A stretch of 64,000 nt of DNA from a bacterium (GTDB lineage Bacteria > JAAXHH01), in assembly GCA_965240335.1 (NCBI GenBank), contig CBDEKM010000011.1, positions 237,135-301,134 on the forward strand, read 5' to 3'. Numbering within the stretch: the first letter of the stretch is position 1; each line of letters begins with the position of its first letter. This document shows, piece after piece, positions 57,499 to 64,000 of the stretch. The notes beneath the pieces were generated by a model. That model did not search any database and was not told where the DNA came from. It was given only the letters and a program-made list of their open reading frames with translations. The translations under genes were made by a program, and so were the position numbers.

Positions 57499-59154
57499 CT
57501 ACTCCAGGTGATAGGTCTTGATTTTGCGAAAGAGCGTCCTCTGGCCGATCTGCAATACCCGGGCGGTCCGCGCCTTGTTCTGCCCGCACGCGGCCAGGGT
57601 CGCGGCGATCAGCCTCCGTTCGCTTTCCTTCATCGACATGCCGACACGGATGTTCACCCCGTCTTCATCCTCTTCGTCCGCCCCGGTACCTGTGGACCGA
57701 ACGGGCAGGAATTCCGCGGGGATGTCCTCCAAGTCCAGGGTGGATCCATCGGCAAGCAGCACCATGGTTTCCAGGCAGCGGCGCAACGATCCGCCATCCC
57801 GCGACCAGTCGACCGAGGCCAGGACTGCCAGCGCGCCGTCTGTGACGCTCTTCACGGGCACGTTGCGTTGTTCGGCGACTTTCGTGGCCAGGTAGCGGAT
57901 GAATTCCGGCGAAAAGTCTTCGTGGTGCTCGGGGTTGTCGTTCAACGAGACCGCCGGCGGTTCCGATTGCGTATGCCGTATGAACTCCGGAACATCCGCC
58001 ACCGTCAAGGTTTCGCTGGTTCCCATGACGATCATGCCCTCGATGCAGTTCTCGAGCTGCCGGACGTTTCCGGGCCAGTGGTAGGTCGACAACAACTCCA
58101 GGGCACGTTGGTCGATGCGTTCGATCGGCTTGTTTTCCCGTTCGCTGAACCGACGGATACAGTGGTCGATCAGCAGGGGGAGATCCTCCTTGCGTTCCCG
58201 CAGCGGGGGAAGCGAAAGGGTCACGACCCGCAGCCGATAATAGAGGTCTTCCCGGAAGCGTCCGTTTTCGATTTCGGCCTCCAGGTCGCGGTTCGTCGCC
58301 GCGACGACCCGGGTGTCCGTCTTAAGCCAGTTCCCGCTTCCCACCCGTTGGAATTTTCGTTCCTGAAGCACCCGAAGCAATTTCACCTGCGTGGACGGCG
58401 AAAGTTCGCCCACTTCATCGAGGAACAAGGTGCCTTCGTCGGCCAGTTCGAATCGCCCCTTGTAGGTTTTGACGGCGTTCGTGAAAGCGCCTCTTTCGTG
58501 ACCGAACAATTCGCTTTCGATCACCCCTTCGGAGAGCGCGTTACAGAAAACGGGTACGAAGGACTTGTTCCGTCGGGAACCGCCGTGGTGGAGGGCGTGG
58601 GCCACCAGTTCCTTGCCTGTGCCGCTTTCCCCGAAAATCAGGACCGTTGACTGGGTATCGGCGATCTGCAGGATCTGCTCCCGGATGCGTTGCATGGACG
58701 CGGACCGGCCCACGATATTCTCGAATCCATAGCGGTTGTCCAGCTGGTGCAGCAACTTACGGTTTTCCTGCACGATGCGCTGCCGGTCCAGGATCTTGTC
58801 GATCTCCGCCGCGAGTTTCTCCACGTACACGGGTTTTTCAAGTACGTCGTAGGCCCCTTCCTTCATGGCTGCCACGGCCAGGCCCATGGATCCGGGATCC
58901 GTCATCAGGATGACGCCGATCTCGGGATTCCTGCCGAGGGCGACGCTCATCAGGCGCAGTCCGTCGATTCCGGCCGCGTTCAGGTCGGAGATGATGACGC
59001 ATACGGGTTCCGCGGCCAGTACGTTGAGGGCGTGGTCGCTGCTCTCCACGGCGATCACGCTGTAACCACGCTGAGTCAGGCCGTAGTGTTTCTCATCTCG
59101 GCCGCGAGAGGAACCTTCAACCAGCAGGATGACGGATTCTGTCGGACTATCCAT
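57499..59154 (-). CDS. NtrC-type sigma-54 enhancer-binding response regulator with an extra lid-like segment
   Basis: REC domain, GESGTGKE, GAFTNA, FREDLYYRL, WPGNVRQL, HTH LQIGQRTLFRK. Confidence 0.92.
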   Translation of the reverse strand: MDSPTESVILLVEGSSRGRDEKHYGLTQRGYSVIAVESSDHALNVLAAEPVCVIISDLNAAGIDGLRLMSVALGRNPEIGVILMTDPGSMGLAVAAMKEGAYDVLEKPVYVEKLAAEIDKILDRQRIVQENRKLLHQLDNRYGFENIVGRSASMQRIREQILQIADTQSTVLIFGESGTGKELVAHALHHGGSRRNKSFVPVFCNALSEGVIESELFGHERGAFTNAVKTYKGRFELADEGTLFLDEVGELSPSTQVKLLRVLQERKFQRVGSGNWLKTDTRVVAATNRDLEAEIENGRFREDLYYRLRVVTLSLPPLRERKEDLPLLIDHCIRRFSERENKPIERIDQRALELLSTYHWPGNVRQLENCIEGMIVMGTSETLTVADVPEFIRHTQSEPPAVSLNDNPEHHEDFSPEFIRYLATKVAEQRNVPVKSVTDGALAVLASVDWSRDGGSLRRCLETMVLLADGSTLDLEDIPAEFLPVRSTGTGADEEDEDGVNIRVGMSMKESERRLIAATLAACGQNKARTARVLQIGQRTLFRKIKTYHLE

Positions 59155-59291
59155 GGTATTGGAATTGGTAGGCACGGGACAGGTTGACGCGGCTTCGAGT
59201 CGGGACACTGCTTCAGGGACGGCGGGAACTTACCATGCGATCGGCAAAGATCCATCGCGAACGGGACCCTGGCCGATTCGCCATCCATCCG

Positions 59292-59320
59292 AAATTACGC
59301 CATGACCGTCACGCTGTCAA
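59292..59320 (-). promoter_or_regulatory. sigma-70 promoter of the NtrC pair
   Basis: TTGACA-N17-TAATTT. Confidence 0.6.
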
Positions 59321-59380
59321 TCGCTAAACCCGGTGTTCAGGCGTGGTGGAAAGACCCCGTACCGCGACCCGGCAGAGGTT

Positions 59381-60130
59381 TCATGGCAGCGGTTGGCTCG
59401 ACACCTGGTAGGCGGGCATGACCCACATTTCGGGTATGACCACGCGGGGCGGCAGGCAGGTGACGAACACGACCGTGTCCGCGATGTCTTCCGGCGTGAG
59501 CATGAGGGCCAGGCGTTTGTCGGAAACCGGTTGGGGTCTGTTTTTGAGGATAGGCGTTTTCACCTCGCCCGGCAGGATGGCGCATGCGCGAAGTCCGAAC
59601 TCGGCGGCTTCCAGGTTGATCGAATGGGTCAGCGAAACCATGCCGTGCTTGGACGCGCAGTAGGCTGCCCCGCCAAGCAGGGACACCTGGCGCCCGGCCA
59701 TGGAAGCCATGTTGATCACGGTGCCTACACCTCTTTCCTTCATGTGCTCGAAAACTGCGCGAAAGCAGTTGAACGCTCCCGTGAGATTGATATCCACCAC
59801 CAGGTCCCAGTCCTCCACCGCCATCCCGGTGGCCGTGCGAAGGGGTGTATTTACACCCGCGTTGTTCACCAGGATAGACACGGAGCCCAACTGTTCGGTT
59901 GCCCGGGCGACTGCTTCGTCTATCTGCACCCGGTCGGTCACGTCCAGGGGAGCAATGAGCGCTCGCCGCCCTTCGGCCTCTACCTCCGCGGCGACCGCTG
60001 CAAGGGGCTCGCGCCGCCTGCTGGAAAGGACTACATCCACGCCTTCCCTGGCCAGGGCCAGGGCGATACCGCGTCCGATGCCGGTTCCCGCACCGGTAAC
60101 CCAGGCCACGTGCCCCTCGAGTCTATTCAT
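59381..60130 (-). CDS. SDR oxidoreductase
   Basis: TGAGTGIG, NNAG, YCASK. Confidence 0.9.
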   Translation of the reverse strand: MNRLEGHVAWVTGAGTGIGRGIALALAREGVDVVLSSRRREPLAAVAAEVEAEGRRALIAPLDVTDRVQIDEAVARATEQLGSVSILVNNAGVNTPLRTATGMAVEDWDLVVDINLTGAFNCFRAVFEHMKERGVGTVINMASMAGRQVSLLGGAAYCASKHGMVSLTHSINLEAAEFGLRACAILPGEVKTPILKNRPQPVSDKRLALMLTPEDIADTVVFVTCLPPRVVIPEMWVMPAYQVSSQPLP

Positions 60131-60178
60131 GATTGCCTCCGATTTGTGGGAAGTTGGATGCCGATATGCTCCGACCGA

Positions 60179-61147
60179 TCAAGCTTCGGTAAAATCGTTG
60201 TGTACCGACCGGATATCGATGCCAAGTCCATCGAGCAGGTTTTTCCTGACCTTGCAAACCATCGTGTACGCGGGATCGAATACATTGCCCATGTCGTACT
60301 CGACGCATTGGCCGAGAAGCGTGTGGGACGCCCTGGGATCGAGGCCATAATCAGCCTGCAACCACCGCAGCATTTCCGTGGTCGCGTGCTGGACACACTG
60401 GTCGAGCGGCCGGGCGTTGCCGGCCGTAAACAGGTATTCCGCGTTTTCGCCGCGCGGCCAGAAACTCTGCTTCCCCTTGAGCACCCGGAAGGTGAACTGC
60501 ACGTCGAAGGAGATCTCGACGCCGGTACCGACGATCTCCCCGTCTCCCTGCACGGCGTGGCCGTCGCCGATGTGAAACAGGGCGCCGGGTGTGAAAACGG
60601 GGAAGTACACGGTGACGCCTTCCACGAATCCGCGATAGTCCATGTTTCCGCCGTGGCTGGAGGATGTGCCCGTTGAGATCGCCTGGCCCCCGGACGGCGC
60701 CACGCCGAAGCATCCCGCCATGGGCGCCATGGGCAGGGTCAGCCGGCCGAGACGCGTGTCGGCCGGTTCGATCAGCGTGACCGTTCTCCGGTCAAGATCC
60801 ATCTCCCACCGGCAGAGATCATCCCTGCTTTCGAATTCCATGGCGGTTTCCCGCACGTAGTCGGGATCGAGTACATTCGGGGCGACGACCGGCCGGGTCC
60901 AACCGATGGCGCGGTTCGGCGTCAGCCTGTCCAGGTGGACCGCGAGCGTGTCACCTGGTCCGGCGCCTTCGACGTGAAAGGGTCCGGTCTGCGGGTTCCC
61001 GGGCGGCGTCACAGGGGTATCGGTACGATCCTTTCCCCGGGCGTCGACCGTCGACGTGATGACGGTATCCCCGTCCTTCACGTGCAGGACGGGTGCGTGG
61101 GAACCCATGGTGGTGTGATAACGGGTGGGATCGAAATGGTGGACCAT
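60179..61147 (-). CDS. Acetamidase/formamidase-family protein
   Basis: NPQTGPFHVEGA.PGD, HGGNMD, GDGHAVQGDGEI.GTGVE. Confidence 0.88.
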   Translation of the reverse strand: MVHHFDPTRYHTTMGSHAPVLHVKDGDTVITSTVDARGKDRTDTPVTPPGNPQTGPFHVEGAGPGDTLAVHLDRLTPNRAIGWTRPVVAPNVLDPDYVRETAMEFESRDDLCRWEMDLDRRTVTLIEPADTRLGRLTLPMAPMAGCFGVAPSGGQAISTGTSSSHGGNMDYRGFVEGVTVYFPVFTPGALFHIGDGHAVQGDGEIVGTGVEISFDVQFTFRVLKGKQSFWPRGENAEYLFTAGNARPLDQCVQHATTEMLRWLQADYGLDPRASHTLLGQCVEYDMGNVFDPAYTMVCKVRKNLLDGLGIDIRSVHNDFTEA

Positions 61148-61208
61148 GATGACTCCTGGAATTTCCGTGACGGTAAAGTTTGGAATAACGGGCGGTTTTA
61201 CGCTGGTT

Positions 61209-61238
61209 AGAATAACCCGCCGCCACTTTGGCGGTCAA
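61209..61238 (-). promoter_or_regulatory. sigma-70 promoter of amidase-SDR
   Basis: TTGACC-N18-TATTCT. Confidence 0.55.
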
Positions 61239-61364
61239 GATGTATTCGGTGGTTTTTGCGCCGATACACGTGCATTGGCGAGGTGTATTGGTACGGTCTC
61301 GCGAATCCCCGTTAGCGCGCGGCGCGACACGGTGTGGAATCGTCGGTGCGCAACGGGATATCCC

Positions 61365-61393
61365 TTGACACGACCGTGGTCCCGGCCTATAAA
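61365..61393 (+). promoter_or_regulatory. sigma-70 promoter
   Basis: TTGACA-N17-TATAAA. Confidence 0.7.
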
Positions 61394-61443
61394 GTACTCA
61401 GCATTCTGCGTCATTTTTTCGTCTCATTTCAGGTACGTATCCA

Positions 61444-61734
61444 ATGCCTATCCAGCGCTATGACGATTCCTTCATCGGCCTGACGCCTGCGGACGACAAG
61501 ATCCATCACATCCTCCCCGAATTTCAGAGGACCCACGCGGGCTGTACGCACGGTGTGGAGTTCTGGGTTTCGATACGCACGGTTTCCCGGGATGACGAAC
61601 CGCTGATCCTGCAGTGGTGCATGTCGTGCCGGCAGGTGGATGTAGTCAGGCTCGAGGAGTATAATTGGCGCACGCGCCTTGAGGAGCTAAGGAAGGAAGA
61701 TGTCCCGGACTGGCGGGAACCGGACAGGGCGTAG
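61444..61734 (+). CDS. Small hypothetical protein with CxH and CxxC motifs
   Basis: 96-aa ORF behind a strong promoter; HAGCTH and WCMSCR. Confidence 0.6.
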   Translation: MPIQRYDDSFIGLTPADDKIHHILPEFQRTHAGCTHGVEFWVSIRTVSRDDEPLILQWCMSCRQVDVVRLEEYNWRTRLEELRKEDVPDWREPDRA

Positions 61735-61805
61735 ACGGAACACAAACGCAAACAGAATCAACGGCAAGCCTGAATCACGAATCAACCAATCGAAGGAGCA
61801 CGGGT

Positions 61806-62756
61806 ATGGGCAAGGGCAAGGGTAGTAAAATGTGGGGCGAGGAGCATTCCAAGTACATCTGGCTTGACGGGGAACAGATACCCTGGGAACAGGGTACGAT
61901 TCACGTAACCCAGGGCCATATTTTCGCCCACGCCATATTCGAGGGGATTCGGGCCTACTGGAACCAGGACCGGGAGAAACTCTTCGTCTTCCGTTTCGAA
62001 GACCATCTGAAACGCCTGTACCGGTCGATCAAGCTGATGCGCATGGAAACGCCGCTTACGCTGGAGGACGTCTGGAACGGCTCCCTCGAGTTGTGCCGGG
62101 TCCACGGGTACCGGGAGGACGTCTATGTCTTCCCTACCGTCTATTTTTCGCCCGATGTCTACCTGAACAGGATGGTAGGACCAGCCCACATTTGCGTACA
62201 TACCTTCCCCTACGCTTCCAGCCTGCGCAAAAAAGACGGCGCCAGGAGTTCAGTCAGTTCCTGGACACGCATATCGGACAACACGCTCCCGGCGCGCATC
62301 AAGTGCTGGGCCAACTACCGCAACAGCGCCATCGCCTGGACGGACGCCACGCTCAAGGGATTCGACGAGACGATCATGTTGAACAACCGCGGCAAGGTCT
62401 GCGAGGCGCCGGGCGCCTGCCTGATGATGATCCAGGACGGTGTCCTGTATACGCCGCCGGTAACGAGCGACATCCTGGTGAGCGTCACCCGGGATACCGT
62501 ACTGAGGATAGGTAGTGATATCATCGGAATGCCCGTCGTGGAACGGGAGATCGACCGAACGGAAATGTACACGGCCGACGAGGTGTTCCTTTGCGGGACA
62601 GGCGCGGAGGTGAGCCCCGTGATTTCCATTGATCACTACGACATCGGGGATGGGGCCATTGGTCCGGTAACGCAACAGTTTCGCGAGGCCTACAATGATC
62701 TCATCCGGGGAATCGACAACCGCTTTCCCGAATGGCGCACCGAGGTGTCCGCGTAA
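61806..62756 (+). CDS. ilvE: Class IV (branched-chain-type) aminotransferase
   Basis: IFEGIRAY, HLKRL, IKCWANY (PLP Lys), EVFLCGTGAEVSPV; substrate specificity not established. Confidence 0.8.
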   Translation: MGKGKGSKMWGEEHSKYIWLDGEQIPWEQGTIHVTQGHIFAHAIFEGIRAYWNQDREKLFVFRFEDHLKRLYRSIKLMRMETPLTLEDVWNGSLELCRVHGYREDVYVFPTVYFSPDVYLNRMVGPAHICVHTFPYASSLRKKDGARSSVSSWTRISDNTLPARIKCWANYRNSAIAWTDATLKGFDETIMLNNRGKVCEAPGACLMMIQDGVLYTPPVTSDILVSVTRDTVLRIGSDIIGMPVVEREIDRTEMYTADEVFLCGTGAEVSPVISIDHYDIGDGAIGPVTQQFREAYNDLIRGIDNRFPEWRTEVSA

Positions 62757-62776
62757 ATCGGCTTCGTAACAGCCGC

Positions 62777-64000
62777 CTACCGATTCCGGTCTTCAACCGC
62801 CAGGCTGAGCAGGTTGGCGAACAGCCTCACGGCACCGGGGACGCCCGCTGGTAGCTGGCGGAACCAGGCATATCCCGTGTAAATATAGCGTCCCTTGCCG
62901 TAGCGGGCTTCGACGAGCCCGCCGGCCCTGGGTGTTTCCCCAGGATCGTGCGAGGCCATGAGCGGCGTGTAGCGGGGATCCCATTCTCCCAGGAAATACA
63001 GGCCGCGTTCCTGCACCCACCCTTCAAAATCCGAGGCCGTGATCCGGTTGGGACTGTTGAAGACCGGATGATCCGGTACCAGGATGTCCACCGGAGCGTC
63101 TTCCCGTGTGACCCGGTCATGGGGTCGATTTATCCGGAAGGGATAGGGACCGTACTGGTTCCGGTTGAAGGCGTACTTGTTGTACTGAACGATGTAGACG
63201 CCCCCGGCCTCCACGTAATCCAGCAAGCGCTGATTCACGGCGACGAGATCCTGTCGGACTTCGTAGGCGCGAATTCCCGCGATGATCAGGTCGTAGGCCC
63301 CCAGATCTGAATTGGCGAGATCCTCCTTCGTCAGCATATGTACCTGGACGCCCATCTGCTGCAGTGTAAGGGGTACCTGGTCGCCGGTGCCCATGATGTA
63401 GCCCACCGTCAAACCCTCCGGCAGATCGACACGTGCGATCTGCACAGTCGATGCCGCGGCGCGGTACAGGTGCCTGGGTTCGGTGTGGGGATAGGCGATC
63501 ACATCGTATCCCTCGCGATAATCGATGCCGCCGGCGCTCGCCACCGCCCGTACCTCGTGCGCGCCAATCGGTGTTCCCGGGGACGGGATTACCGTGTAGT
63601 TGAATGTCGCGGTCTGTCCCTTTCCATTGAAGGACAGAGGAACATTCGACGGTGTAACCTCCCAGCCGTTCGGCGCTTCGAGTGACAATCCACCTTCGAT
63701 CGTCCCGTTCTCGTTGCTGAGCACGGAAACGCTGAACCGCAAGGGCCGTTCCATGTCGGTAACGGCGACCACGTCCTGTGGGTCCAGGGTGACCGACAAC
63801 GCGGGGACTACCTGGATTTCGCGGCGTATTTCCCCGTATGCCCGGTCGGCAAAACGATGTTGCGCGGATTGCCGGATGTCAATTTCAACGCCGTCCACGA
63901 CGAATACGGCCCGTCCGACGACCGGCTGGGGGCTCCAGGGCAGTCCGATCAAAGCCGTGTCTTCCACCTCGACGCGCCGGTCGTTGATGGAACGGCGATG
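62777..64000 (-). CDS. C-terminal part of a large LmbE/PIG-L-like protein with NEW3-type and GATase-like domains (5' beyond the window)
   Basis: LEAPNGWEVTP Ig-like segment, VGYIMGTGDQVP, GWVQERGLYF, FRQLPAGVPGA.RLFANL; frame open at the window edge. Confidence 0.65.
   Translation of the reverse strand, partial: HRRSINDRRVEVEDTALIGLPWSPQPVVGRAVFVVDGVEIDIRQSAQHRFADRAYGEIRREIQVVPALSVTLDPQDVVAVTDMERPLRFSVSVLSNENGTIEGGLSLEAPNGWEVTPSNVPLSFNGKGQTATFNYTVIPSPGTPIGAHEVRAVASAGGIDYREGYDVIAYPHTEPRHLYRAAASTVQIARVDLPEGLTVGYIMGTGDQVPLTLQQMGVQVHMLTKEDLANSDLGAYDLIIAGIRAYEVRQDLVAVNQRLLDYVEAGGVYIVQYNKYAFNRNQYGPYPFRINRPHDRVTREDAPVDILVPDHPVFNSPNRITASDFEGWVQERGLYFLGEWDPRYTPLMASHDPGETPRAGGLVEARYGKGRYIYTGYAWFRQLPAGVPGAVRLFANLLSLAVEDRNR

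Noticed and set aside
55873-58650. Long antisense ORFs (also 39575..42091, 16452..18479, 59333..60676 and others)
   Set aside because: Shadow frames opposite well-supported genes, expected from GC-rich codon bias; no recognisable motifs or SD/promoter support

Overview
A 64 kb bacterial chromosomal segment of roughly 60% GC, made up mostly of housekeeping genes. No CRISPR array, prophage, transposase or rRNA is visible. From left to right it holds: exbB-exbD-exbD-tonB; a membrane pyrophosphatase with mlaE/mlaD, an O-methyltransferase and a PfkB kinase; a methyltransferase, SAM hydrolase and acs; an SDR/PhyH/Asp-box trio; tRNA-Gly and tRNA-Cys; a class A PBP with a partner gene; a MoxR/chelatase-like ATPase; thrS-infC-rpmI-rplT-pheS-pheT-zapB-zapA-rny-xseA-xseB-prenyltransferase-nadK-recN-pgsA, running into an uncharacterised hypothetical/PqqD-RRE/ABC module; secA; a sigma-70 factor; purS-purL-purQ; a stand-alone FtsK membrane domain; an S8 peptidase; an IscA-Mrp-JAB-XdhC cluster; a DegT aminotransferase, ftsY, trxA and two NtrC-type regulators; an SDR, an amidase, a class IV aminotransferase and a partial LmbE/PIG-L-like gene. 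A short sigma-70 lacking region 1.1, tandem ExbD, a long SecA insertion and an NPF/FlgD-type C-terminal domain suggest an FCB-superphylum lineage (inference only). Five single-base frameshifts at short homopolymers suggest sequencing or assembly error. The best leads are: (1) the precursor-less RRE + minimal MacB-type ABC module; (2) a W/H-rich 8-residue repeat at the N-terminus of PBP1A; (3) an RNase Y missing several HD-domain histidines; (4) a 4-Cys insertion in SecA; (5) a duplicated AAA+ lid in an NtrC-like protein; (6) a dispersed family of related 9-bp tandem repeats. Family assignments come from motif recognition by eye; no database searches were run.
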